Shown: positions 50,341 through 63,360, counted from the first letter of the stretch. The stretch: DNA of 64,000 nt from Laetmonice hystrix (GCA_965235115.1 OZ249442.1:19840001-19904000), one strand, 5' to 3'. Translations and numbers: made by a program. Notes: a model not told the origin generated them from the sequence alone.

Positions 50341-53300
50341 GAACAACAACAACAACAACATTAGTAGATTGGAGGAGTATCATGAACTTTATTGACATTG
50401 ACATAGGTCTCATCTTTTTGTCATCTGGCGCCCCGGGAGACAGAATGTAGTGGGGGGGGGGGGGGGGTGAGCCGTGGGGTTGGGGGTAGGTCTGGACGTA
50501 TACAGACATCGACACGTGTCAGGCTGGTGTAACGCTGAACCATTGTTGTAGAGTTTAGGTCTTAACGTGAGATTGTTACGATTTGACAGCCCGTTCAACT
50601 GTTAACAGAACGATGCGACCTGACGCCCAGTTTGACGCGGCGCCTCCCGGGTGGCAGCCTTCCCGCCCCGGCCGACAGATTTCAAGATGTTCTCGGAAAT
50701 AAACCACGGAGACTCCATTGACAATAAATATTGCTTAATCACATAATTAGGGGTTTTAGTGGATGTGTTGAGTGCGGTGCGCTATGGTGTGTAACAGACA
50801 GACAGATGAGTGTGTTCCAGGATGAACACATGGCAGGGCGCCGTCGTCGTTAGTGTCAGTCTGGGAGTAACAACTCACCCCACCCATTCACTTTACTTAC
50901 AGCCTTAAACAATGACCAGTCCACTTAATCCCATAATACCACCGTTAAGACCTTAGTGTTAGACTAATATGTTCCCCGTATTACAATGAGCCTGGTGAGG
51001 ACAAGCCAAGAGAACCGGTGTGCAGCCAGGCGTGGCGCTCAATGGAGCGTGGCGAGGGACGACCTGGCATGCTGGGAAGGATGCTCAGACTCGGCAGGGC
51101 GCCGCTAGGGGCGCTGCTGTCGGCAGACGACCGTATTGTCCTCAGGGCCGCCCAGGACCAATCAAACCGTCTGAGGTCGGTCCCCGCGGATCGTGAGGTA
51201 ACTCCCCCCCCCCCTCCGTAAATCCCACGGCCCGACCTGCAGCACCATTGTCCGTGGTGCGGGACTGTTTACGTAGTCCCGTTGTTCGTACCCCGCCCAC
51301 TGTCAAACAAACCTAACCCCCGACAATCCCAAGGCTGAGCGGGGCACCAGGCTCCTCCCTTGGTGGCCAAACACTCATTAGCAGGGTGCCAGGATAGACA
51401 ATAACGTGACAACCAAACATTGGGGCGTTCATATTTCACAAGGTGATGGACTTCCTATGGTGTCTGTCTCACCAATCGAGTTTCAGTTTACAAAATGTAT
51501 CTTGGAATTTAAATAATATCGACATTGGCCATCCTGCATCATGAATTGTGGTGTCAAACAAACAGGCAATCTTTGACCAGCTTTGATTGTGCCAGCTCGT
51601 AATACTGCTCGTAGTCAGGACTTTCTGTAACTGATATCCATAAAGGATGTTAGGCTGATAGACTTGTTTAATTGTTGTAATTAAAATATGTATAATTAAC
51701 TTTCAAAATGGGCATAGATCTGATGGAAAATTCTGACGTTCCTGGAAGTCTCATTCTTGTACGCGGTTTTTCAGTAGATCGGCCCTGTAGGGCCTACCGC
51801 TTATCCAGGAACTATTGTATGACCCCCCCCCCCCCCCTTTCACTTCGTAGGCCCTGGGAGTGCTGGTAAGAAAGATGGACATAGGCCTACAGCAACCCTT
51901 TGGATGCCACACCAAGCCGGAGGGGGGGGGGGGGAGCTAGGAGGGGATGGGGAGAGGTTGTTGTTGTGGTATTCCCCGCCGAATGTGATACTCGAGCTCG
52001 GTAAGTCATTGTGTTCTGCTGCATGCACGACAAATTTACGGCCAGAAATCAGGCCTGTAATCTGACATATAAGTAGGCCTAAAACAGAAAAATCTCTGCA
52101 CAATAAAAACCAACTGTGACATGCGTGGTTTGAACGAGCCACGCGTGCCATGACAAAGTGTATCGAACACCCGGCGTGTGAGTCGTAACAATGGCCCTTT
52201 GACTTTCTGTTTCCACCAAATCAATGTGATTATGTAATATATGTGTTATACTTCAGACTGGTGCTTTACATTATTGATTCAGTGATAATAAAAAGGGGAT
52301 CGAGCTGTCTCACACGACAGTCTCCCTAGAGGTCAGACGGGTGCAGACCGTGTCACAGAGAGTTGGAGGGATCGATATTTCAAGTCAGGACTTAAAACAA
52401 TGGGTGCAAACACTGCCTCGTTTGGCTATTGGCAGAGTCCTTCCATGACGCGAGAGTAAATTAATTAAAGCCCATTACTGGCCATTATCCAGAAAGGTGA
52501 CTCTTCATGGGCCGGACGAGTGGTGGGTGGGGTGGGGGGGGGGGGGGCTGTGAGACCGGGGGCAGCCTGATAGGCCCACTTATACTCAAGGACCGCAGCC
52601 TGGCCCGAAACTCACCACCCCGACTCTGACTTTGAGTGAGATTTTTTAATGGATGTCAAGGACATGTTTAAACGAGGTTATAGATAGGCAGAATACAATG
52701 GGGGGAGGGTTAGTGTTTCCATAGCAACAAATGCCGCCTCTGGAGATGCACATGCAAAGTTGGCCAATGTGTATTTGTGTGTGTGGTCGTGTGCACGTGT
52801 GTGCATGTCTGTTTACATTGGTATGCGTGTTCAGTTTGCGTGCGCATGTACACACGCACACACGTGCGGAGACCCGCCCAGTGTGAAACACTGACAAAAT
52901 ATTGTCCTGACAGTCAGAGTGTTGGATATGGGGGTAGGGGGTGTTTACCCCAGGTTTGGGCGGACATGGATCTGAGCCGGCGGGGGGGGGGGGTGTTAAG
53001 GTTTGGCATGGGCCGACAGCGGTGGGAGGGTGGTCCAGAGAGAGGCTCCAGGTACGCAGCGACACCTACCGGGCACTACCAGTCCCCAATCAAGACAGTA
53101 CGGAGAATTAGCATCAATTAGGAGGAAAAAAGTACTGAAGTATGCCTCAGGTCAACTCAAAGCTACTAGTGTTATGACATCCGTGTGCGCAATTGGCTGG
53201 CTCAGTGACAGTTTTTGTAGCTTGCTAGTTGACTGTCTGTGCATGGTAGAATGGGTTTGTTTTGTGCAAGGATGCTTTTTGTGCACATAATCCTGAATGG

Positions 53301-53504
53301 ACCAAGATCTCCATGGAAACCTGACACAAGTGTTACAGAATTTAACGCGGTGAATGGGGTTGATGTGGCTGCGTGATTTATTGACCAAGGATGGAGATAA
53401 TATCTTTATGTTTTAATAAAGTTCAAGTGAAAGGATTAAATAATACTGTTGTGACACATGCTCCATACCAGCCAATGTTGTCTTGTTAGTACGTGTATAC
53501 ACGT

Positions 53505-54335
53505 ACACATTGAGTGATGCATGGACGACCAAATGTGGGAATAACAAGTTGAGTGATGCAGGGACTACCAAATGTGGGGATAAGAAGTTGAGTGGTGCAG
53601 GGACTACCAACTGTGGGGATAACACGTTGAGTGATGCAGGGACTACCAAATGTGGGGATAACACGTTGAGTGATGCATGGACTACCAACTGTGGGATAAC
53701 ACATTGAGTGATGCAGGCACTACCAACTGTGGGATAAGACATTGAGTGATGCAGGCACTACCAACTGTGGGATAACACGTTGAGTGATGCATGGACTACC
53801 AACTGTGGGGATAACACATTGAGTGATGCAGGGACTACCAACTGTGGGATAACACGTTGAGTGATGCATGGACTACCAACTGTGGGGATAACACATTGAG
53901 TGATGCAGGGACTACCAACTGTGGGATAACACGTTGAGTGATGCATGGACTACCAACTGTGGGATAACACGTTGAGTGATGCATGGACTACCAACTGTGG
54001 GATAACACATTGAGTGATGTAGGGACTACCAAATGTGGTGATAACACATTGAGTGATGTAGGGACTACTAACTGTGGGGATAACACATTGAATGATGCAG
54101 GCACTACCAAATGTGGAATAACACATTGAGTGATGCATGGACTACCAACTGTGGGGATAACACATTGAGTGATGTATGGACTACTAACTGTGGGGATAAC
54201 ACATTGAATGATGCAGGCACTACCAACTGTGGGATAACACGTTGAGTGATGCAGGGACTACCAACTGTGGGGATAACACATTGAGTGATGTAGGGACTAC
54301 CAAATGTGGTGATAACACATTGAGTGATGCAGGCA
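53505..54335. repeat. 39/40-bp minisatellite, about 21 copies
   Basis: Unit GATAACACATTGAGTGATGCAGGGACTACCAACTGTGGG(G). Confidence 0.96.
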
Positions 54336-55539
54336 GTCACTCAAATATCTGAAACAATATGACATCAACTCGAGCTCATTATTGCCAGACCTTCAAGCAG
54401 TACCACCAACAACTCGCCTCTCATGTAAGGGATGTACCTTTCAATCAAATATTTGCCATCGTCGACCTCTCTAATCGATCCGTGCCACAAACAACCTAGT
54501 GTTGATTTAGTCTCTGTAACAACTGTTTTCATTAGATAAAGCTTTCGCTTTGTATATATACAAACACATCATGTATTATAGGGTTCGTATGATGTGAAAG
54601 GTTGTTACTTCCCACCTTGTTAATTGCGGATTCCTGTGTCCCTGAATAGTCTATAGACGGACATGCGTGACGTACTTGAAAGGAATGTACTAAGTTAGTC
54701 CGTATCCCGTGGTTCCCATGAACACAACTTCTCGGCATGGGTTCGGTGAGGATCGTTTCATTGTACTACTGCATACAGAGAAATCATCGCATCATCTTAG
54801 ACTGCGTCCTAAGTCGATCCCAGCAAATGAAAGAACTTCTATAAACTTCAAACAAATGGACTGAACGTGAGAGAATCTGTCAGATATAATCGTGTAATTA
54901 TCATCATTACTTCGTTTGAAGTGGATTTCCAATATACCTCTTTCGGAAAGAGCATCTTTCAGGTGGTGTTTACCCAGGTGAGGGTTTTGTCATTTACCCT
55001 GCAGGCCATTGTAGGTAAAACAATCTGTGCACGGTAAAACAATCTGTGCACAATAATACCACAGGGGTCTTAGACCAACATGATTGATTCTGTATAATGA
55101 GTAGATTACTTAAATCTCGGTAGTCAATGACAATACCCAGAATGTGATCATTCTAATCCAGTCTTCAGTTTTATTAGAACTGTAGAAATCGGTCTATAAA
55201 TGAAAATAAAAGTATAGAATGGTTGGAATGGAGGTGGTTTGAAAGCGAGCAGATCATATTTCCACTGACCCTCAGTATGTTTGATGGTGGGGTGGGGAGG
55301 TGGGGGTGGGGCTGTCTGACGGGGTCGGTCCGTAATCCCAACACAAATGAGAGGGTTGGCTTTAAGTGGTTGTGTTAGTAATAGATCGAGGGCGAGTGGC
55401 ACGGATTGGTTCACTAAGACCTGCTATCGAGGTGGCTTACTGTATACAGGTACAGCTCGCTGACGACTGGGTCAATACTGGACGCTGGATGGCAGGTAGC
55501 AATCAACGAGTAGTTGATCCTTAGTGAAAACATAATCCG

Positions 55540-56296
55540 GGTGAGGGTCTCACTCACTCGGAGGGACACCCTCCCCACTCTCACCATCCCGTGGTGAGGG
55601 TCTCAGTCACTCGGAGGGACACCCTCCCCACTCTCACCGTACCGTGGTGAGGGTCTCACTCACTCGGAGGGACCCCCCTCCCCACTCTCACCATCCCGTG
55701 GTGAGGGTCTCAGTCACTCGGAGGGACACCCTCCCCACTCTCACCGTACCGTGGTGAGGGTCTCACTCACTCGGAGGGACCCCCTCCCCACTCTCACCAT
55801 CCCGTGGTGAGGGTCTCAGTCACTCGGAGGGACCCCCTCCCCACTCTCACCATCCCGTGGTGAGGGTTTCACTCACTCGGAGGGCCTCCCTCCCCACTCT
55901 CACCATACCGTGGTGAGGGTCTCACTCACTCGGAGGGACCCCCCTCCCCACTCTCACCATCCCGTGGTGAGGGTCTCACTCACTCGGAGGGACCCCCCCC
56001 TCCCCACTCTCACCGTACCGTGGTGAGGGTCTCACTCACTCGGAGGGACCCCCCTCCCCACTCTCACCATCCCGTGGTGAGGGTCTCACTCACTCGGAGG
56101 GACCCCCCCTCCCCACTCTCACCGTACCGTGGTGAGGGTCTCACTCACTCGGAGGGACACCCTCCCCACTCTCACCGTACCGTGGTGAGGGTCTCACTCA
56201 CTCGGAGGGACCCCCTCTCCCACTCTCACCATCCCATGGTGAGGGTCTCACTCACTCGGAGGGACCCCACTCCCCACTCCCACTATCCCGTGGATT
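55540..56296. repeat. 53/54-bp self-complementary minisatellite, about 14 copies
   Basis: Unit GTGGTGAGGGTCTCACTCACTCGGAGGGAC(A/C)CCCTCCCCACTCTCACC(ATCCC/GTACC). Confidence 0.96.
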
Positions 56297-56480
56297 GAGG
56301 GCAGCCTGTTCCTGTATATCATTGTCGCCTTTCGCCGCTCACAGTTACTCCCATGATCTCAATATTTGACTGACCATTTATATACCTTGACCTGTTTGAG
56401 GTATTTCATACTTCATTTTTACTCATTATGCACGTGGGGAGTTGGGGGGGGGGCGATGAGCATTAAGAACGATACATTGA

Positions 56481-57260
56481 TGTTGACGTATGTATCAGGG
56501 TGGGTGTAAGCATTCATTGTGGCGATGGTCAGCACCTTAATGTTGACGTATGTATCAGGGTAGGTGTAAGCATTCATTGTGGCGATGGTCAGCACCTTAA
56601 TGTTGACGTATGTATCAGTCTAGGTGTAAGCATTCCTTGTGGCGATGGTCAGCACCTTAATGTTGACGTATGTATCAGGGTGGGTGTAAGCATTCATTGT
56701 GGCGATGGTCAGCACCTTAATGTTGACGTATGTATCAGGGTAGGTGTAAGCATTCATTGTGGCGATGGTCAGCACCTTAATGTTGACGTATGTATCAGTC
56801 TAGGTGTAAACATTCCTTGTGGCGATGGTCAGCACCTTAATGTTGACGTATGTATCAGGGTAGGTGTAAGCATTCCTTGTGGCGATGGTCAGCACCTTAA
56901 TGTTGACGTATGTATCAGGGTAGGTGTAAGCATTCATTGTGGCGATGGTCAGCACCTTAATGTTGACGTATGTATCAGGGTAGGTGTAAGCATTCCTTGT
57001 GGCGATGGTCAGCACCTTAATGTTGACGTATGTATCAGGGTAGGTGTAAGCATTCATTGTGGCGATGGTCAGCACCTTAATGTTGACGTATGTATCAGGG
57101 TAGGTGTAAGCATTCATTGTGGCGATGGTCAGCACCTTCATGTTGACGTATGTATCAGGGTAGGTGTAAGCATTCCTTGTGGCGATGGTCAGCACCTTAA
57201 TGTTGACGTATGTATCAGGGTAGGTGTAAGCATTCATTGTGGCGATGGTCAGCACCTTAA
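56481..57260. repeat. 60-bp minisatellite, 13 copies of exact length
   Basis: Unit TGTTGACGTATGTATCAGGGTAGGTGTAAGCATTCATTGTGGCGATGGTCAGCACCTTAA. Confidence 0.98.
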
Positions 57261-58079
57261 TTCGTGTGATTCCTGTAGAAGGACATGTGAATGGTGTGTT
57301 TGGACAAGACGATGCCAACACAAGGGGTAGGGGGAGTGGTTACTCGTGTTAGAGAAACATTCACAGGAAAACGCCAACAACATTAGACAAATAAAACAAG
57401 AGTTGATTGGAATCGCCTTAAGTTTAGAACGTCAAGGATTAAAACAGGTCTGAACAGCGTTCTTGGTGAACATTTCTAGTTTCACCATAACGCTCTGCAA
57501 GGGTTCCTCCGTTTGTCTATGGGCTCTAACCACTCCCCCGAGTGATGATATCATAGCCCCACGGCTCTGTGGTTGTCATCGAGAGTTTCCTGGGGTTTAA
57601 AGTATAAGGCACTGCTCCAATGAATCACAGCCACCCTGGCATGGCATTACAGCACAGACTCTGGGGTAGTAATGAACGTTTGAGTGTCCCATTAACACCC
57701 CATCTCCCAACGGATAATCCTGGGGTAAACAGTTTAACCACTCAGGGAGAGTGGAAGGTTTTAACCTGAAGCGCTGAAATTGTACATTCTGGATAATGAT
57801 GCAAAGTAAAAATGTTTGATTTTCGTTCTGTCGTCACTTTTTTTTATAGTAACTATGAATACATGTGCTGCAGTGGAGGTCGCTTGCCGCAAAATGGCCT
57901 TATCTTTCTCCCTACCTCTAAAACTAACCTCAAGTTGGTGGCAATGTTACCACAACCCCCTGTTATATGAGGATACCTGTGTGTGACTGCACGTCTCTTG
58001 CCATCCCTCTCAGTCCTTCAGTGACTGCCGGGACTTTACTCGATGACCGTCTACTTCACGGCTCATTATGATCTGAATG

Positions 58080-58560
58080 GGACTGGAAATATTTGCAGTA
58101 GTTGTAGCATGCAGTGGCTAGCAAAAGAAGATGACACGAAGGACTGTTTGGCTTAGCCCCACGCCTCAAGATTGGGCTTCGAGTCCTTGGCAAATTTAGA
58201 ATGGCTGGAGGTGGTGGGCATTGGGAAATTGGTTCTCTGCTGGCTGAGAATATGCTCAGTTGTTGGTGTCGATATTCGTTTTGTCCCGGCGCCGTGTCTG
58301 AGCGTGTGTGGCCGGCGGGCGGGGAGGAGATGGAGGAGGTCAGGTAGAGTGCATGCTGGGAGGACAGGGGACAGACGGCCAGTCTTTGTGGGCGAACACG
58401 GAGGCCAGGTTGTCGAGCATCCTGCCGACTCCATGTGGCTACCTCCAGGTCCGCCTGGAGCGAGACCCTATTGCCTGCTGCCTGCAGGAACCGTGCAGGA
58501 CATCAATGACGAGGGCAATGGGACCAGCGGCATCGTATTGTGGTGGCGTTGATCGACACG
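58080..58560 (-). mobile_element. Possible decayed CR1-type RT fragment
   Basis: Across shifted minus frames, in order: SIN..PQ....GPIALVIDVL (cf. SINxGxPQGSVLGPxLFLxYINDL), SLQADLE...WS, MLDN (cf. MxFN), and about 87 codons later G*AKQSF (cf. LGxIKRSF). No YADD motif is visible. Confidence 0.4.
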
Positions 58561-61500
58561 TCAGGGAACGCTCTTGATGTCTTTGTGACGTGACACAGTG
58601 ATCACGTGACGAGCGTAGTCCAACCTCCTCGGGTCAAATACCCACTGAAAGGTATGGCAAGGACAGCATGATCTCTTGAGTGGAACCTAGTCCGGGGTCA
58701 ACACTCCTGGGTCATTGACAGCCGTGTGATCGAATGGTGACGGCTAAGTGGGAAGAAACATGGCCACATATTACTTTATATCATATTGGTCTCAACCGAC
58801 ATGGTCCAATATCGTTATGTTTTGAACTTTCTAACTCCTACTACAGGGTTGGCATCCGCAATCTGAATGGATGAATGCCAGGACTTGCTGTCCATGGGCC
58901 CTGCCATATGGCGGAGAGTACACGGCATGATGAAGGGAGGGAAGTTTGTCATTGTTCATATTTTATATCCCATCACGTCAAATTTCATAAATGGCATTAA
59001 TCACTCTGGGGTCAAAATGATTTGACCTTTTGAGTAAGTTGGCTTGTTTCAACTTCAAACCAAGTACTTAACGCCATTGGGCTTCATTTATAGGACAGCT
59101 GTCATGGGGAGGATTTTTTCCTTTATACAAATTGGAAAAATGAATACGCATTAAAATGAAATTCTGCTACATGGCACTGGTCCAGGAAGACCCCTCCCAA
59201 CTGCTCCCTGACGTTTTACGATCCTGAAACCATGGGGGATATTTTTGTAGGAATCAACGTTACGAGTCTGTTAACTCGTCAATCCGACCTGCTGAGTGTT
59301 TTTTTTACCTGGAGTTGATTTGAATGAGCATAAAAAAGATGAATGATGTACTGAACATGATGGTGACATTGACGGCTGACAGGGCTCGATGCCTAATGGC
59401 AGTCACGGCTTGTGCGTGCTGGAAATCGACGCTAGCGCCGCCGTGCGGGCAGTTTATGGAGCGTGGAGCGACATGCTAGTAGCGCTGACACATTGCCGTT
59501 TATCGTGTTTATACCGTGTATTATCGTCCCTTTACAACACCTTGCTGTGAATGGCCACCAGAATTATGCGTAAATCTTGTCGATAATGGTTGTAAAGAGA
59601 AATGCTATACAGCGCTACATCCGTAGCTGATCGCATGTTCTAGGCCATCGGCAATACAATATTTCTCAGGGAATCCATTCGCCAATGAATTAGGATTCTT
59701 TTAACGGGGAAGCTCGTATATTTTCATGATAATATATTTTTCAAAATGGTTCTTGTTTTTTTTTCGAATGAACATAAAAATAAGACCCGGACGCTGACAG
59801 AGAATCCATGTGGAAAGATAATCAAAGATATTAAACATTTTATTTTGTATGTGATGGGAAGCGAATGAATCATGCAAATAATATTGGAAAACATTGTATT
59901 GGAATAAGGAAACAGGATGCAGCAGCACAAATAAATTTGTTTGCTCGCTTTCGCTGTGTGCGCCATAATATCTACCAATGGAATCTTAATTTGCAAGTAG
60001 TTTGTAATTTGAACACTAAAACTTCTTTTGATATTGAAATGAGTTGATTGATCTGGTGGGCTGGAATGGCAACACGTTAATGTCGATTAGCTACCAGTAC
60101 ATTAAGGACCACACCCAGAGGGGCTGGGACCCCCTCACCGGAGGCGGTGAGTTCGTGAAATCTTAAGGTGATCCAGGCTTTGATGTTTAATTGGCTGCGG
60201 TGCCATCTGACAAAGTAGGACAACTCAGCGCAGTGCTTATGGCGCGCATTAAGTCCGTTATTGTAAGAATTGAGATATGACAGGAAGTCGTCGGTATGTA
60301 TGGAAGTTTCTAATAGTTTTGGACCATTGCTTGGTGTCTTGTTCTAAATTAAAAACAAATCCGTTCTAGCGAGTTTCTATATTCATTGTGTCACCATCTG
60401 CTGAGTATGTTATATGGATTCCCATATCCATGATATTGAGATCTGATTTTATACATGTGTATGTATACGTATGTGTACGTATAGGTGAGTTGTGTATTTA
60501 TAAACACGTCTGTGTTGTCCCTGTGATGCCTTTTGTCCTGGTGACAGGTATGACCGGCTAGGTAACCAGATACTCTGGGAGTGGCAACATTAAACACTTG
60601 AGGCAATGATGCTAATGAGTGCGATTAAAACATTGTCAGGATCGGCGGCCACACTAGGCACCTGGGTGGATATTCAGGAGGTCAGACCACCTTTATGCCT
60701 TAATTACCTGTGTGTATTCGCATCACTGAGGCCTGAGGGGTCATTAAGGGTTGGGTGGGGGTGGGGTGGGGGTGGGGAGTGGGGGTGTGGAGGGGGCAGT
60801 ATTTAGATGGACGTTAAGTAGAAGCTGTTTAAGTTAAAGGGGCAGGGTAATTGTGGGATTAAGTTATTGGTGTGGGAACAGTTTCGGATTGGTGATAGCA
60901 CAACATGATTAGCACATATTTACCAATGTTAGAAACGACACGATTACTGGTTCCAAGATGCTGCTCTGATTCCACAAGTCTAAGTATCAGACATATGTTT
61001 GGCGATGTAAGTGAGCAAATAGGAATTTAGCCGAATTTACGTTCTTGTGTTCATGAGATCCCATAGCTGGCTGAAAACCAGCACACACAAAAAAACTCTC
61101 CGAATTACAAATGATATCTGTCGGCTACAAGTTCCAGTTGGGAATCCAATTTGTCGGCAGCCATGAGTTATGGAGATCAGTGTCGGTGTAGGAGTGAGGT
61201 TTTTTCATAACTTATTGGAATAGGATATTGGCAGTGCCGTGGGTATACATCACACCTCGTTTATTATAAAACTATAGGCAGGGTGTGTAAATGATGATAG
61301 CAGGCGAAGCAGAGTTTTTCCATCCCTCCCTTGTCCTCTTAACGAAATGCATGAGATGGCCCGGTCCCATATCACGCGTCGATGACGGGCCATTCGCGCG
61401 ACGAGATTCAACCAAAAAACACGCGCCAAAAACGCCGTCCTCGCCGGCCTGATGCATTTACCGTGAAACGCCAAATAATTAAAGTATAATTTCAAAATGA

Positions 61501-62914
61501 ATTTTAAAAACTTTTGCTTGATAAGCTGCATCTGTTTACACTCCTGAGTGGAAATGCGGGAAGCGATTGTTGCGGGGTGGGAAGGGGGAGGGGGGTTCGG
61601 GGCATCCAAGAAACCTCATGAATATTGATGAGTAGCCAATCAATCAGGGCGTCCCGACTGGTGATCAGAGAAGTACCCATTGTACATTGTAATGGGGTAA
61701 GTCCCCATTGTACATTGTAATGGGGTAGGCAGTGCCGGAGGGTGGGAAACGGGCGTCCAAAACGGTCGTCGTTCTAGAATGAGCCTACAGGTGGAGGGCC
61801 AGTCGGGTGGAGTGCTCGGACCATGTCTCTATCCCAATACACTCTCTTGCCATGAGTCCTGCGACAGGAGAAGAGGAGAGGAGAAGAGTTTGTGCTCACC
61901 TTGGTTAATATGTCTTTGCATCAGTTTTAACCTTTGAAAATAGTCGAATTTTATACTTTTTATATTTTTTTTACTGTTTTACTGTTTTACTGTTTATGCT
62001 GTTTTCTTGTGATCCAGATAAAAACATGTCAGGTTCTTTTTTTCTTTTTTCTTTTGTTCAGAAATAAAGAAATTGGAGATAAGTCTTAGTAGAGATATCT
62101 AAGAGTGTGTGTCCAGCTGGAGTTCCCACTTGGGAGGCTGATGACCTCCAGAATGGGGATTGGTGGATCTACTTGAGGAGAAGATCTTTGGGCAGAGAGG
62201 GTGGAGAATATAGCGGAACTTACGTTCATGTATACCTGTATCGCCTGATAACAAATAACAGGGGCTGAAACTGATTCATTGTCCTCCATCTTTCCATCAG
62301 GGATGTGGGAGTAAGTTATACAGAGAAATATTCAGCCCTCTGCAAGGGTTAGGCTGCAAGTAGTAGACTGTCAGCCAGTTCGTCTTATAGGAGTCCAAGT
62401 ACGGCATACTGACTTTCACGAGAAGCAGGGTGATGTATAACACTAGGCAAGTTGTTATGTTAAATTATTGATCATGAACCTAGAGGTCCTCCTTTAAGAA
62501 GCAGTTATTCTCGGTCCTACAGACGTTGTCCAGTTGTACTTTAAGACCCGGCGGCACTGAGTCCAGTTTGCAGACGTTGTTCTGACCATCGCTCAATCGT
62601 CTGAATCTCTTCCAGAGAACTGTTACGTTTCAACAAACACCGAAAGAACCATGCATTAATTCTGATAAGTAATGGTGACTGCAGCCGGAAACTTTGCCCA
62701 ACATGCTGTACCTAACAAAATAAAGCACGGCCTATAACGGATCTGTGGTGCTCAATGCGGGCCATGTAAAAACGAGGCCGATAAGGGGCAGGGGCGATGT
62801 GAGGGTACGGGGTGGATTACGGGTAGTCAGACGGCAGAAATAGCCGTAGGATTGTGTAAAATGCCACGGATTTAGAGACAGCTTGTGTTGGCTTTCAGGG
62901 GGAGCAATGTGCTT

Positions 62915-63335
62915 GGCTTGTAGACTTTGCGGAGGCCTTCGACAAGGCCACCCTCAGTTAGGATAAGATGGCGGCCATGGAATAGTGACAAAGCACCCGG
63001 TTGGCAGTGACCTGTCGGCTCAAGATAGGCTCTGAGCCGAGCCACATGCTTTGCCAGCTGCAACAATCATTACCATTGAACAAAAATCTGGCTGAACAAG
63101 TCTCAGGTCCATTAACGATGTTCTTTTCGGTGGCCCTAGGCAGGCTGGGCCACCGCCACCCCCCGATTCTGCTTTCAGTGAAACGGGGCTGGAAGATTTG
63201 TGGCATCGGTATTCTGACGACACGGAGGAATGCTATGGGAGGTTCGGCGGAACCGGAAACATGGCGTGGAGGGACGGGCTGAGGTCTCAGATCCCCGTGT
63301 AGGAGGAACAAGTGGAAACGTCTTCAATGTCGTCA
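62915..63335 (+). mobile_element. Decayed non-LTR (CR1/L2-like) RT fragment
   Basis: Ordered motifs across stops and frameshifts: LVDFAEAFDK (62918), KMAAM..SDKAPGW, QDR, VLFGGPRQAGP, YSDDT (63209), CYGR, then KW..FNV (63310-63331). Confidence 0.6.
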
Positions 63336-63360
63336 TTACCACGCCGACGTTGTCTCAAGG

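Noticed and set aside
50341-50515. N-terminal 60 or so residues of the 713-aa ORF as a real ORF2 start
   Set aside because: It is poly-G/C and (GTT)n flanking sequence, there is no endonuclease domain, and LINE similarity stops near 50340.
1268-55052. Small local tandem duplications (1268, 4738, 29036, 29401, 35960, 40533, 55015)
   Set aside because: These are ordinary two-copy slippage products of 10-32 bp with no further structure.
9-57330. Long periodic ORFs in the track (67-666, 16131-16886, 17334-17990, 18878-19459, 34834-35719, 36735-38520, 44224-45069, 53413-54340, 56500-57330)
   Set aside because: Each lies within a tandem array and simply translates the unit, often in several frames and on both strands. 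There is no non-repetitive coding flank.
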